Shown piece by piece: positions 46,708 through 60,266 of a DNA stretch of 64,000 nt. The notes under the pieces are model-generated. The model saw nothing but the letters and a program-made list of their open reading frames with translations, was not told where the DNA came from and did no database searches. The stretch comes from an uncultured Christensenellaceae bacterium (GTDB lineage Bacteria; Bacillota; Clostridia; Christensenellales; UBA3700): the NCBI GenBank assembly GCA_944380305.1, contig CALWHF010000006.1:24422-88421 (forward strand), in the 5' to 3' direction. Every line of letters starts with the position of its first letter. Position 1 is the stretch's first letter. Both the position numbers and the translations under genes were made by a program.

Positions 46708-47925
46708 ATGAAGGATATACTCGGAGGAATTTGCGCGCCCAAGGGTTTCATGGCGAGCGGCGTGCATTGCGGAATAAGAAAGAATAAATCCAAGCGAGAT
46801 CTCGCGCTGATAGTCAGCGACGTCAAGGGTACGGCTGCGGCTGTCTATACGACCAACAAGGTCAAGGGCGCGCCTATCGCGGTCACGAGAAAGAATATAG
46901 CCGACGGCTACGCGCAGGCGGTGATCTGCAACAGCGGCAACGCCAATACCTGCAACGCGGACGGAGAGATAAAAGCCGAGGCGATGTGCGCTCTGACTGA
47001 GAAGTTTGCGGGCGTCGCGTCAAGCGACGTGATCGTGGCGTCTACGGGTGTTATCGGGCAGATACTTCCGATAGAGCCGATAGAGAGCGGCATGACGGCT
47101 CTCGTAAACGGGCTTTCGGACAACGGCTCGGGCTACGCCGCAGAGGCGATAATGACGACGGATACCGTCAAGAAGGAATACGCGGTCGAGTTCGAACTGG
47201 GCGGCAAGACCTGCCGTATCGGCGCGATAGCAAAGGGCAGCGGAATGATCCACCCGAATATGGCGACCCTGCTTTGTTTCCTTACGACGGACGCGGCTGT
47301 CGCTCCCGACGTGCTGCATACCGCGCTGACCGAAGTGATAGCCGATACTCTCAATATGGTCAGCATAGATGGCGACACGTCTACGAACGATATGGTCTCG
47401 GTCATTGCCAACGGCAGGGCGGGTAACGCATATATAGTCAAAGCGGAGGGCGAGGATTACGCGGCATTTTGCGACGCGCTTCTCTGCATAATGACCAAGG
47501 TCTCCCGCGCGATCGCAAAGGACGGCGAGGGTGCGACGAGGCTCATGGAATGCAAAGTGACGCACGCAAAAGACAAGGCTACCGCGAAGATAATCGCAAA
47601 GAGCGTTATATGCAGCAGTCTTCTCAAGGCGGCGATATTCGCAGCGGACGCCAACTGGGGCAGGATACTCTGCGCGATAGGCTATGCGGATGCCGACTTC
47701 GACATAAATTCGATCGACGTAGATCTTTGCTCGAGGAAGGGCACGATAGCCGTATGCAGAAACGGCAACGGCGTCGAGTTCTGCGAGGAGACCGCGAAGA
47801 AGATATTGTCCGAGGACGAGATCCTCATCGCGGTGGATTGCAACGACGGCGAAGGAGAAGCCGTGGCGTGGGGTTGCGACCTGACCTACGATTACGTTAA
47901 AATAAACGCGGATTACAGAACCTGA
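46708..47925 (+). CDS. argJ: Glutamate N-acetyltransferase / ornithine acetyltransferase
   Basis: NSGNANTC, STGVIG, KGSGMIHPNMAT, DGDTSTND, DGEGAT. Confidence 0.96.
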   Translation: MKDILGGICAPKGFMASGVHCGIRKNKSKRDLALIVSDVKGTAAAVYTTNKVKGAPIAVTRKNIADGYAQAVICNSGNANTCNADGEIKAEAMCALTEKFAGVASSDVIVASTGVIGQILPIEPIESGMTALVNGLSDNGSGYAAEAIMTTDTVKKEYAVEFELGGKTCRIGAIAKGSGMIHPNMATLLCFLTTDAAVAPDVLHTALTEVIADTLNMVSIDGDTSTNDMVSVIANGRAGNAYIVKAEGEDYAAFCDALLCIMTKVSRAIAKDGEGATRLMECKVTHAKDKATAKIIAKSVICSSLLKAAIFAADANWGRILCAIGYADADFDINSIDVDLCSRKGTIAVCRNGNGVEFCEETAKKILSEDEILIAVDCNDGEGEAVAWGCDLTYDYVKINADYRT

Positions 47926-47932
47926 GGTGAAT

Positions 47933-48784
47933 ATGGACATTTCTACCAAAGCACAGATACTCAGCGACGCGATGCCGTATATTCAGAAGTACTACGACAA
48001 GATAGTCGTGGTCAAATACGGTGGCAACGCTATGCTCAACGAGGAGCTGAAAAACGCGGTCATGCGCGATATAGTAATGCTCTCTCTTATCGGCGTCAAA
48101 GTCGTGCTCGTGCACGGCGGAGGACCCGAGATCAGCGATATGCTGAAGAGAGTCGGCAAAGAGAGCAAGTTCATAGGCGGGCTCAGATATACCGACGAGG
48201 AGACTGCCGAGATAGTTCAGATGGTGCTTGCTGGCAAGATAAACAAAAACCTGGTCGGTATGCTGACTCGTCACGGCGGCAAGGCTCTCGGGTTCTGCGG
48301 CATAGACGGCAACATGTTCGTATGCAAGAAGGCAAAGGGAGAACAGGACCTCGGCTTTGTCGGCGAGATAACCGACGTCAACGCTCAGCCCGTGCTCGAC
48401 GCGCTCGACAACGGTTACATACCCGTAGTCGCCAGCGTATCTTCCGACGCAGAAGGCAATATCTACAATGTCAACGCCGATACCGCGGCTGCGAGGATAG
48501 CTGCGGCACTCAAGGCTGAAAACCTGATACTCATGACAGACATCAGAGGACTTCTGATGGACAAGAACGACGAGAGCACGCTGATAAGCGAAGTCAACGT
48601 CAGCGACGTTCCGTCTCTTAAGAAAAAGGGTGTCATCGGCGGAGGAATGATCCCCAAGGTAGACTGTTGCGTAGAGGCGGTAAGGCGCGGCGTCAAACAA
48701 TCTATAATCATCGACGGCAGAATACCGCACGCGATACTCATCGACATGCTGACGAGCGAAGGCGTCGGCACGCTTTTCAAATAA
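47933..48784 (+). CDS. argB: Acetylglutamate kinase
   Basis: VVKYGGNAM, VHGGGP, NVNAD, GGMIPK. Confidence 0.96.
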   Translation: MDISTKAQILSDAMPYIQKYYDKIVVVKYGGNAMLNEELKNAVMRDIVMLSLIGVKVVLVHGGGPEISDMLKRVGKESKFIGGLRYTDEETAEIVQMVLAGKINKNLVGMLTRHGGKALGFCGIDGNMFVCKKAKGEQDLGFVGEITDVNAQPVLDALDNGYIPVVASVSSDAEGNIYNVNADTAAARIAAALKAENLILMTDIRGLLMDKNDESTLISEVNVSDVPSLKKKGVIGGGMIPKVDCCVEAVRRGVKQSIIIDGRIPHAILIDMLTSEGVGTLFK

Positions 48785-48792
48785 GACTGACT

Positions 48793-49956
48793 ATGGACAT
48801 AAAGGCAAGCGACAAACAATACGTTATGGGAACGTACAACCGTTTCGATCTGCTGATCACGGCGGGCGAGGGTTGCTATTGTTTCGACGAAAAGGGAAAT
48901 AGATATATCGACCTGACCAGCGGCATAGGCGTCAACTGTCTCGGCTACTGCGACAGGGAGTGGGCGGATGCGGTCGCTGCTCAGGCGCGAACGCTCAGCC
49001 ATACTTCAAACCTCTTTTATACCGAGCCGTGCGTCAAGCTTGCGAAAGAGCTTTGTCTGCGTACGGGAGCGTCAAAGGTCTTCTTCGGCAACAGCGGCGC
49101 GGAGGCTAACGAGGGCGCGATCAAGGTCGCGAGGAAGTATTCGTACGACAAGTACGGCAGCGGCAGGAGCACGGTGATAACGCTGAAAAACTCGTTCCAC
49201 GGAAGGACGATAACCACTCTCGCGGCTACGGGACAGGACGTGTTCCACAATTATTTTTTCCCGTTCACGGAGGGGTTCAGATACGCCGAAAGCGAAAATA
49301 TCAAAGCTCTCGAGGCAGAGCTCGACGATACGGTCTGTGCGGTGATGATAGAGTTCATCCAGGGCGAAGGCGGAGTAATAGCACAGGATAAGGAATATGT
49401 ATCCGCGCTCAGAAAAATTTGCGACGAAAAAGACATACTTCTCATCGCCGACGAGGTGCAGACGGGCGTAGGCAGGACGGGTACCTTCCTCGCAAGCGAA
49501 GGTTACGGCGTGAAACCCGACATCACGACTCTTGCGAAAGGGCTGGGCGGCGGACTTCCGATAGGTGCGGTGCTGGTATACGGAAAGGCGGAAAGCGTAA
49601 TGGGATTTTCCTCGCACGGCAGCACGTTCGGAGGTAACCCCGTCGTATGCGCGGGCTCGCTCAAGGTGCTCGAAAGGATCGACGACGCGTTCCTCGCGGA
49701 CGTAAGGAAGAAGGGAGCGTTTGCAATGAAAAAGCTCGAAGGCGCGAAAGGTGTCGAGAGTATCAGCGGCAAAGGTCTCATGATAGGAGTAAAACCCGTC
49801 GACAAGAAGTCGGCGGACATAGTAAAAGCGGGAATAGAGCGCGGAGTGCTGATGCTGACGGCAAAGGACAAAGTAAGGCTCCTGCCCCCGCTCACGATAA
49901 CGGAAAAACAACTGGACGAGGCGTTGGACGTGCTGCTTGCAATCCTCGCCGAATAA
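48793..49956 (+). CDS. argD: Acetylornithine aminotransferase
   Basis: NSGAEANE, SFHGRT, DEVQTGVGRTG, LAKGLGGG. ATG 48793. Confidence 0.94.
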   Translation: MDIKASDKQYVMGTYNRFDLLITAGEGCYCFDEKGNRYIDLTSGIGVNCLGYCDREWADAVAAQARTLSHTSNLFYTEPCVKLAKELCLRTGASKVFFGNSGAEANEGAIKVARKYSYDKYGSGRSTVITLKNSFHGRTITTLAATGQDVFHNYFFPFTEGFRYAESENIKALEAELDDTVCAVMIEFIQGEGGVIAQDKEYVSALRKICDEKDILLIADEVQTGVGRTGTFLASEGYGVKPDITTLAKGLGGGLPIGAVLVYGKAESVMGFSSHGSTFGGNPVVCAGSLKVLERIDDAFLADVRKKGAFAMKKLEGAKGVESISGKGLMIGVKPVDKKSADIVKAGIERGVLMLTAKDKVRLLPPLTITEKQLDEALDVLLAILAE

Positions 49957-49965
49957 AGGAGAAAT

Positions 49966-50868
49966 ATGAAACATCTGCTCAAAATGCTCGATCTGCAGAA
50001 AGACGAGATATTCTCGATACTCAATCTCGCGGATCAGCTCAAGTTCAATCAGAAACACAATATTCCCCACAAACATCTCGAGGGCAAGACTCTGGGTATG
50101 ATATTCCAGAAGGCGTCCACGAGAACGAGAGTGTCGTTCGAGACGGGCATGTATCAGCTGGGCGGACAGGCTCTGTTCCTTTCGTCCAACGATCTTCAGA
50201 TAGGCAGAGGCGAACCCGTACAGGACACCGCGCGCGTGCTTTCCAGATACCTTGACGGCATCATGATAAGGACGTTCGCGCAGCAGGAAGTAGAGGATCT
50301 CGCAAAATACGGCTCTATTCCGATAATCAACGGTCTGACCGACTTTGCTCATCCTTGCCAGGTGCTTGCCGACTTGATGACGATAAGAGAATACAAGGGC
50401 GCATTCGACACCCTCAAATTCTGTTATGTCGGCGACGGCAACAATATGGCTAATTCGCTGACCGTAGGCTGCCTCAAAATGGGCATGAAAGTCTCTCTCG
50501 GCTGCCCGAAGGCTTATTCACCCGACAAACAGGTGCTCGACTTCGCGAAAGAGTACGGCGACAAGTTCGAGCTTACGGACGATATTTACGCCGCGGCTAA
50601 AGACGCCGACGTGATCTATACCGACGTGTGGGCGTCCATGGGGCAGGAAAAAGAAAGAGAGGAGAGAGCAAAAGCGTTCAAGGGCTATTGCGTGGATTCT
50701 AAGCTGATGGAAGTCGCAAAGCACGACGCAATGGTCATGCACTGTCTGCCCGCTCACAGAGGAGAGGAGATAAGCGCGGAAGTGTTCGAGGCTCATCCCG
50801 AAATATTCGACGAGGCGGAAAACAGACTGCATGCTCAGAAAGCTGTGCTCGTCAAACTTCTCGGCTGA
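49966..50868 (+). CDS. argF: Ornithine carbamoyltransferase
   Basis: STRTR, HPCQ, SMG, HCLPA, NRLH. Confidence 0.96.
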   Translation: MKHLLKMLDLQKDEIFSILNLADQLKFNQKHNIPHKHLEGKTLGMIFQKASTRTRVSFETGMYQLGGQALFLSSNDLQIGRGEPVQDTARVLSRYLDGIMIRTFAQQEVEDLAKYGSIPIINGLTDFAHPCQVLADLMTIREYKGAFDTLKFCYVGDGNNMANSLTVGCLKMGMKVSLGCPKAYSPDKQVLDFAKEYGDKFELTDDIYAAAKDADVIYTDVWASMGQEKEREERAKAFKGYCVDSKLMEVAKHDAMVMHCLPAHRGEEISAEVFEAHPEIFDEAENRLHAQKAVLVKLLG

Positions 50869-50869
50869 C

Positions 50870-51559
50870 ATGCGTTATATCCGTGACATAGAGAATAAAA
50901 AATACAAAGGTCTGAGACTTTGCCAGGCGGAACTTACCGACTACGGCAAAGTCTTTGCTTTTCTCGACGGCTGCAGGAACGCTCTCGACAGGATAGAATT
51001 TTTCTATCCGTATACCGAAGAAGAACTCAGGGCGGTGCTGGAAAACGGGATGTTTATGTGCGCTCTCGAGAATAACGAAATAGTCGCGACCTGCGCCGTG
51101 GATACCGACGAAGGCTATGCAAAACAGCTTGCAGAGATAATAAAGACCTCTACTTGCGGGAAAGAAAACCCGGGGCTCGCGTACGAGGCTAGCGGGCTTA
51201 TGGTCAGAGAAGATCACAGGGGGGCGGGGCTTGCATCGTATATGCTTGACAGGGCGGTAGAGTTCGCCGAAAGCAGAAAAATCAATCTTTGCGGGGTCGT
51301 TCATTATCTGAATAAGGCGAGTATGGCGACTTTTTTCGGCAGAAAATTTTTACTGAGCGGCATTTTCGAGCCGATAAACGGCTATAAATTTGTATATTTA
51401 TTAAAAAAATTCAAATTTTACTATTCAAAGCCTGAAAGATATGGTAAAATAGATATAACGGAAGTGGAAGAGCAAAAAGCCGCATTGCAAAAGGGTTTGC
51501 AAGGGTTTGCGCTTGACGGAGACACCGTTTTATATTCGGAAATAAGCCTTCGGGCTTAA
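50870..51559 (+). CDS. GNAT family N-acetyltransferase-like protein
   Basis: MVREDHRGAGLA acetyl-CoA motif; VH..NKAS. ATG 50870 directly after argF. Confidence 0.78.
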   Translation: MRYIRDIENKKYKGLRLCQAELTDYGKVFAFLDGCRNALDRIEFFYPYTEEELRAVLENGMFMCALENNEIVATCAVDTDEGYAKQLAEIIKTSTCGKENPGLAYEASGLMVREDHRGAGLASYMLDRAVEFAESRKINLCGVVHYLNKASMATFFGRKFLLSGIFEPINGYKFVYLLKKFKFYYSKPERYGKIDITEVEEQKAALQKGLQGFALDGDTVLYSEISLRA

Positions 51560-51603
51560 ATAAAACAAGTGGGCAATCTAAGTTTGCCCGAGGAGGAAAT
51601 TGT

Positions 51604-51873
51604 ATGAATAAAAGTGAATTGGTTGCTGCTGTCGCAGAAAAAGCCGGCGTAACTAAAGAGGTTGCAGGCAAGTGCCTCGACGGTGTTCTCGACGCGGTTG
51701 CGGATGCTCTCAAGAACGGCGAAGAAGTCGCTCTCGCGGGCTTCGGCAAATTCGAAGTAAAGGACAGAGCAGAGAGACAGGGCGTCAACCCCGCTACCGG
51801 CGAAAAGATCACGATCGCGGCAAGCAAGGCGGTTGCTTTCAAGGCAGGAAAGACCCTGAAGGACAGCCTGTAA
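51604..51873 (+). CDS. hup: DNA-binding protein HU
   Basis: MNKSELV, GFGKF, RQGVNPATGEKI, FKAGK. Confidence 0.96.
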   Translation: MNKSELVAAVAEKAGVTKEVAGKCLDGVLDAVADALKNGEEVALAGFGKFEVKDRAERQGVNPATGEKITIAASKAVAFKAGKTLKDSL

Positions 51874-51894
51874 TATTTGCTGAACAAAAAAATC

Positions 51895-51921
51895 GGAGAG
51901 CGTCAGGCTCTCCTTTTTTTT
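51895..51921 (+). terminator. Terminator after hup
   Basis: ggagagc-gtcag-gctctcc followed by T8. Confidence 0.85.
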
Positions 51922-52304
51922 ATTTTCGAAAGAAAAAGTAAACTTTATCGACAGGGCGAGATCAAAGCGGTAACCCCGTATAATCATACGCGTAAAAGTA
52001 TAATTCAGATTAATAGACAAACGTGATTTATTGCGCCCCGCAAAGTCTCTTGCCTGAGGCGACGCGAAAAGGAATACGGGATAACAAAGGTGCGAATATG
52101 GCTGGTAACGTGCGGGTCGAAGACAGACAAACGTTATCCGTACGGAGTTACCGATAACGCGAAAAGATTTTGAAAAGAGGAAAACGCGAGACAGCGTTCA
52201 TAATAAAATCTTTTAATAAAACGCGCAAACGTGCAAAAAATAAATATGATAAAAAGCGGTTATAGCGTAAAAACGGTATTTGATGCACCTGCTTGCGGTA
52301 TAAA

Positions 52305-52352
52305 ACACAATATATTGTTTTTACAAAAATTAGCATATACAAAATGTTGCAT
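52305..52352 (+). promoter_or_regulatory. NrdR-like tandem boxes overlapping the pflB promoter
   Basis: acacaatatattgttt (52305) and atacaaaatgttgcat (52337), 32 bp apart. The second overlaps TTGCAT (putative -35). Confidence 0.5.
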
Positions 52353-52390
52353 TTTGCCGAATGCTATGATACAATGACATTGCAATAGAA

Positions 52391-52500
52391 AGGTAGCTGT
52401 GCGACTGACGGATAATACATAGTTTACTATGGTGGAGCACAGCGGTTTAAGTCGACCGTCTGGGCAAAATCAACAAAAAGTCCCGGCGGTATTTTTATTT
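52391..52500 (+). ncRNA. ZMP/ZTP (pfl) riboswitch with terminator expression platform
   Basis: GCTGTGCGACTGACG...GGAGCACAGC P1 and GTCGACCGTCTGGGCA 3' hairpin/pseudoknot. An alternative accgtctggg/cccggcggt stem is followed by a T-tract. Lies upstream of pflB. Confidence 0.9.
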
Positions 52501-52523
52501 CAGCGGGACAAAGGAGAGAATTT

Positions 52524-54749
52524 ATGAACAACGAATGGCAGGGTTTCAAGAAAGGCAACTGGTGCAAAAAGATCGACGTGAGAGATTTTATCGTCAGGAA
52601 TTACACGCCTTATCTCGGCGACAAGTCCTTTTTGTCGGGACCTACCGCAAGGACTTCTGAGATAAAAGCCAAGGTCGACGACCTTCTCGTAAAGGAGGCT
52701 GAAAAGGGAGTGCTCGACGTAGACACGGAGAACGTCGCGTCGATCCTTTCATTCGCTCCCGGATATATCGACAAGGAAAAGGACATAATCGTGGGTCTTC
52801 AGACCGACGCGCCGCTCAAACGCGCGATCAACCCGTTCGCGGGCAAGAGAATGAGCGAAAAGGCGTGCGACGCATACGGTTATAAGATGTCCGACAAGAT
52901 CAAGACCGAATTCAAATACCGCACTACGCACAACGACGGCGTTTTCCGCGTTTATACCGACGAGATGAGGGCTGCGAGACACGTCGGAGTCATTACAGGT
53001 CTTCCCGATGCGTATGCGAGAGGCAGGATCATAGGCGACTACCGCAGGATCGCGCTGTACGGCATGGATTACCTGATCGAGTGCAAAAAGGCGGATAAAA
53101 AAGAGCTGGGCAAGAACGACATGAGCGCGGAGAATATCCAGCTTATGGAAGACGTGCAGAAACAACTCGAATTCATGGAACAGCTCAAGCAGATGGCGGC
53201 GCAATACGGCTGCGACATTTCCAGACCCGCCGCGAACGCGAAAGAGGCGGTGCAGTGGCTTTACTTCGGCTATCTCGGCGCGGTAAAAGAACAGAACGGC
53301 GCGGCAAACTCGATAGGCAGGATCTCTACCTTCCTCGACATTTATTTCGAAAGAGACCTCAAAAACGGCACTCTGACCGAAGAAGGAGCGCAGGAGATAA
53401 TAGATGACCTCGTGCTCAAACTCAGGCTCGTCAGACACCTGCGTACACCCGAGTATAACGATCTGTTCGCGGGTGATCCTACATGGGTCACGACTTCCGA
53501 GGGCGGAATGTGCGAGGACGGCAGACCCATGGTCACCAAAAACTGTTTCCGCATATTGCAGACGCTTTATAATCTCGGCAGCAGCGCAGAGCCCAACATC
53601 ACCGTGCTGTGGGCGCAGAAACTGCCTCAGGGCTTCAAGGATTTCTGTGCGCAGGTATCCATCGATACCGACTCCATTCAGTACGAGAACGACGACGTAA
53701 TGCGTCCCGCGTTCGGCGACGACTACGCTATAGCCTGCTGCGTATCCGCGATGAAAGAGGGCAAACAGATGCAGTTCTTCGGCGCGAGATGCAATCTTGC
53801 GAAAGTGCTCCTGATGGCACTCAACGGAGGTAAGGACGAGATCTACGGTATACAGGTCGCGCCTGCAGGCAAAGTTTTCGACGAGGGCGTGCTCAACTAC
53901 GACGAAGTGCTCAAGGCGTATAAGAAGTATATGAAGTGGATGGCAAAGCTCTATGTCAACACCCTTAACATAATCCACTATATGCACGACAAATACGCGT
54001 ACGAGAGGCTTATGATGAGCTTGCACGATACGCACGTCGAAAGGCTGATGGCTTTCGGCATATGCGGTCTCAGCGTGCTTGCGGACAGCCTCAGCGCGAT
54101 CAAATACGCGAAGGTCAAGGCGGTCAAGGACGAGCGCGGCATCATCACCGACTTCGTGACCGAAGGCGATTTTCCCAAGTACGGCAACGACGACGACAGG
54201 GTAGACGCTATCGCGAAGTGGATAGTGGAGAGTTTCTACAAAGAGCTTGTCAAGACCCCGACTTACAGAGGCGCGAAACACACGCTGTCGATACTGACGA
54301 TAACTTCCAACGTAGTCTACGGCAAAAAGACGGGATCCACTCCCGACGGCAGAAAGCGCGGAGAGCCGTTCGCACCAGGTGCTAATCCGATGCACGGCAG
54401 AGACTGCGAAGGCGCGCTCGCCAGCCTGAACTCGGTTGCGAAACTCGATTACGGCTGTTGCAGAGACGGCATATCCAACACTTTCTCGATCACGCCCGAC
54501 ACGCTCGGAGAGAACGAGCAGGACAGAATAAGCAAGCTGACGGCTATGCTTGACGGATACTTTATTCAGGATGCTCATCATCTCAACGTCAACGTGCTGC
54601 ACAGGCAGAAGCTCATCGACGCGATGAACAATCCCGCGCTTTATCCCAACCTGACCATAAGAGTCAGCGGATACGCGGTAAACTTCAACAAGCTGAACAA
54701 GAATCAGCAACAGGAAGTCATCAACCGTACCTTCCACGAAAAATTCTGA
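52524..54749 (+). CDS. pflB: Pyruvate formate-lyase (formate C-acetyltransferase)
   Basis: [30 protein letters not shown], glycyl radical RVSGYAV. Confidence 0.97.
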   Translation: MNNEWQGFKKGNWCKKIDVRDFIVRNYTPYLGDKSFLSGPTARTSEIKAKVDDLLVKEAEKGVLDVDTENVASILSFAPGYIDKEKDIIVGLQTDAPLKRAINPFAGKRMSEKACDAYGYKMSDKIKTEFKYRTTHNDGVFRVYTDEMRAARHVGVITGLPDAYARGRIIGDYRRIALYGMDYLIECKKADKKELGKNDMSAENIQLMEDVQKQLEFMEQLKQMAAQYGCDISRPAANAKEAVQWLYFGYLGAVKEQNGAANSIGRISTFLDIYFERDLKNGTLTEEGAQEIIDDLVLKLRLVRHLRTPEYNDLFAGDPTWVTTSEGGMCEDGRPMVTKNCFRILQTLYNLGSSAEPNITVLWAQKLPQGFKDFCAQVSIDTDSIQYENDDVMRPAFGDDYAIACCVSAMKEGKQMQFFGARCNLAKVLLMALNGGKDEIYGIQVAPAGKVFDEGVLNYDEVLKAYKKYMKWMAKLYVNTLNIIHYMHDKYAYERLMMSLHDTHVERLMAFGICGLSVLADSLSAIKYAKVKAVKDERGIITDFVTEGDFPKYGNDDDRVDAIAKWIVESFYKELVKTPTYRGAKHTLSILTITSNVVYGKKTGSTPDGRKRGEPFAPGANPMHGRDCEGALASLNSVAKLDYGCCRDGISNTFSITPDTLGENEQDRISKLTAMLDGYFIQDAHHLNVNVLHRQKLIDAMNNPALYPNLTIRVSGYAVNFNKLNKNQQQEVINRTFHEKF

Positions 54750-54753
54750 AGAT

Positions 54754-55491
54754 ATGACAGATAAGCAGCCGACGGCGAATATCCATTCTTTCGAAAGCTT
54801 GGCGACGCTCGACGGCAAGGGCATCCGCTACGGGATATTTTTCGTCGGTTGTCCGTTTCGTTGCGTTTACTGTCACAATCCCGATACGTGGAGCGGTGAA
54901 GGAAAGAGATATACCGTCGACGAGCTGGTAAAGAAGATCGTCAGATACAAGCCTTATTTCGGCAAGGACGGCGGCGTAACGCTGAGCGGTGGGGAAGTCC
55001 TCGTCCAGAGTGCTTTTGCGGCGAAACTCGAAAAGAAACTTGCGAAAGAGGGTATCGGTGTCGCGCTCGACACGTCGGGAGGAGTACCTCTTACAGACGA
55101 CGTTAAAGACGCTTTATCGCATGCGGAGATGGTAATTCTCGATCTCAAATTCTGGGACGACGAGCATTACGTCAGATATTGCAACGGCAGCATTTCCACG
55201 GTACTCGATACGCTTGAGTTCTGCGAGCAAAAAAACGTGCCCGTGTGGATAAGAACGGTAATGGTTCCCGGAATAAACGACAAAAAAGAGTGCATTGACA
55301 AGTACGCCGAAACAGTCAGAGGATATAAATGCGTCAAGAGGTATCAGCTGCTCGCATTCCATACCATGGGCTTTTCAAAATACGAGAAACTGGGTATAAA
55401 AAATCCGCTGGAAGGAACGCCCGCTCTCGATAGAAAAAGGCTGGACGAATTGCAGGCGTATCTGGATGCGAAGGAGATAACGAATGAATAG
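54754..55491 (+). CDS. pflA: Pyruvate formate-lyase activating enzyme
   Basis: DGKGIR, CPFRCVYCHNPDTW, SGGE, LDTSG. Confidence 0.94.
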   Translation: MTDKQPTANIHSFESLATLDGKGIRYGIFFVGCPFRCVYCHNPDTWSGEGKRYTVDELVKKIVRYKPYFGKDGGVTLSGGEVLVQSAFAAKLEKKLAKEGIGVALDTSGGVPLTDDVKDALSHAEMVILDLKFWDDEHYVRYCNGSISTVLDTLEFCEQKNVPVWIRTVMVPGINDKKECIDKYAETVRGYKCVKRYQLLAFHTMGFSKYEKLGIKNPLEGTPALDRKRLDELQAYLDAKEITNE

Positions 55492-55954
55492 AGAGCAGAG
55501 GATGCAGCTCGCTTACGAGAATTTCAAAAAGGGATACAACTGCTGTCAGTCGGTCGTGCTGGCGTTTGCTGACGTGTTGCCGCTCGACGAAGAGATTCTG
55601 GAAAAAGTGACCCTGGGTTTCGGCGCGGGTTACGGCAGGACGAGAAATCTCTGCGGAGCGGTCAGTTCTTACGGTTTCGTACTCGGGCTGCTGCACGACA
55701 AGCGCGCTACTCTTGCGGACGACAAGACAGACGTTTACAAACATATCACGGATCTCGACAATAAGTTCAAGGAGCTGAACGGATCGGATAACTGCGGAGA
55801 ACTTCTCAGAAACGTCAGAAATCTCACCTCGGGATACGTTCCGCAGGTCAGAGACGAGGAATATTACAAGGTGCGCCCCTGCGCTAAATTCGTGATAGAC
55901 AGCGCGGGTCTTCTGCACGACAAACTCGTTGAGACGGGTGCGATAAAAGAGTGA
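55484..55954 (+). CDS. C-GCAxxG-C-C family putative redox protein
   Basis: GYNCCQSV, GFGAG, LCGAVS, NCGEL, PC. Confidence 0.85.
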   Translation: MNREQRMQLAYENFKKGYNCCQSVVLAFADVLPLDEEILEKVTLGFGAGYGRTRNLCGAVSSYGFVLGLLHDKRATLADDKTDVYKHITDLDNKFKELNGSDNCGELLRNVRNLTSGYVPQVRDEEYYKVRPCAKFVIDSAGLLHDKLVETGAIKE

Positions 55955-55972
55955 TTCCGCAATAAAATTTAT

Positions 55973-55998
55973 GATCCCGCAGATGCGGGATCTTTTTT
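55973..55998 (+). terminator. Terminator of the pfl operon
   Basis: gatcccgca/tgcgggatc stem followed by T6. Confidence 0.8.
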
Positions 55999-56080
55999 AT
56001 TGTTTCAAAGCGGAGAGAGAAGAGTGCGTCGACTACATTCCCTTTATTATATAAAGAGCGCGAATGCACATACTCGCATT

Positions 56081-56458
56081 ATGCGGTGGGTACTCAAAAA
56101 GATATACAGAATAGCAGGCAACGCGTACTGGAAGATATTCGGAGGCTTTGCTCTTTCGTTGATATGGTTCGTCCTGGGTGCGCTGTTTATATTGTCCGTG
56201 ATAGGCATAAACTTCGGAGTCAGATGCGTAAGGACGGGCATATTCGTGTTCAGACCTTTCGGAAAACAGACGGTCACGGTATTCGATAAGCCTGTCGCCG
56301 ACACACTGTGGGCATTGACCGCTGGCGCAGTACTCGGAGTAGTGTCGGTACTCGGTGCGCTTACATCATTGGTCGGTATCGTCACGGCACCGCTCAGTTT
56401 GCAATGGATAAAAGTGGCAAGAGTTTCGCTGTTTCCGTTTTCGACATATATCAGATAA
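56081..56458 (+). CDS. YccF-domain inner membrane protein (start uncertain)
   Basis: GNAYWKIFGG...SVIGINFG...F.PFG, duplicated in the second half (W....G...L.PF). Confidence 0.72.
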   Translation: MRWVLKKIYRIAGNAYWKIFGGFALSLIWFVLGALFILSVIGINFGVRCVRTGIFVFRPFGKQTVTVFDKPVADTLWALTAGAVLGVVSVLGALTSLVGIVTAPLSLQWIKVARVSLFPFSTYIR

Positions 56459-56669
56459 TTTCCGCGCCCGTGTTTGTTTTTGATATAAATCATAATGATG
56501 TCGCTTTGATTTTTTTCGGGCAAAAAAGAGTTTGACGCAGAGTTTCGGCGTTTTTATTGCGTTGTTTAGTAGTTTCGGGACGGAGCGGAAGCGTGCTTAT
56601 GCAGACGCTTTCGGGAAGGAATTTTAATAGAAATTTTTGCCGACAGCTATTGCAGTAATTTTATTATAA

Positions 56670-59765
<3,096 letters not shown>

Positions 59766-59922
59766 CGGGCGCGCGAGCGCGCTTGCGATGCGGATATTCC
59801 CGCGCAGGCGTTTCTACCTCAAATATGGTTATTTATTAATGTACGCGCGCGCGTTGTAAGAAAGTATTTATTTATAATATTAATGTTTTTAATAAAATTT
59901 ATAAATATTTTCTTTATTACTA

Positions 59923-59951
59923 TTGAAAACCGGACAAGTATATGCTATAAT
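59923..59951 (+). promoter_or_regulatory. Strong sigma-A promoter with AT-rich upstream tract
   Basis: TTGAAA-17-TATAAT with extended TG. Confidence 0.75.
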
Positions 59952-59991
59952 ACAGATATAATATTGTGGCGGCAAACGGAGGAAAGTTTTT

Positions 59992-60216
59992 ATGGCAAAA
60001 GAATTCGATTACGAAGTAGTCAAGACTTACGGCAGTCTTTCGGAATCCAGCAAGGGTTGGAAGAAAGAGATCAAACTCATCAGCTGGAATCAGAAAGAGC
60101 CCAAATACGACATCAGAGAATGGTCTCCGGACGGCGAGAAGATGGGCAAGGGTGTGACTCTTTCCAAAGAAGAACTCGTCAATCTCAAAGCTCTTCTGGA
60201 CGATATTCTCGACTGA
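59992..60216 (+). CDS. YdbC/PC4-family ssDNA-binding protein
   Basis: GWKKE...ISWN..EPKYDIREW...KMGKGVTL. Confidence 0.9.
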   Translation: MAKEFDYEVVKTYGSLSESSKGWKKEIKLISWNQKEPKYDIREWSPDGEKMGKGVTLSKEELVNLKALLDDILD

Positions 60217-60266
60217 CGAAAGTCGGATCTTTACTACATACTGACTGATTTATGCGGTATATCACT

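Noticed and set aside
51922-52300. Possible ncRNA or small gene between hup and pflB
   Set aside because: Only short imperfect inverted repeats are present, with no recognisable RNA family or credible ORF.
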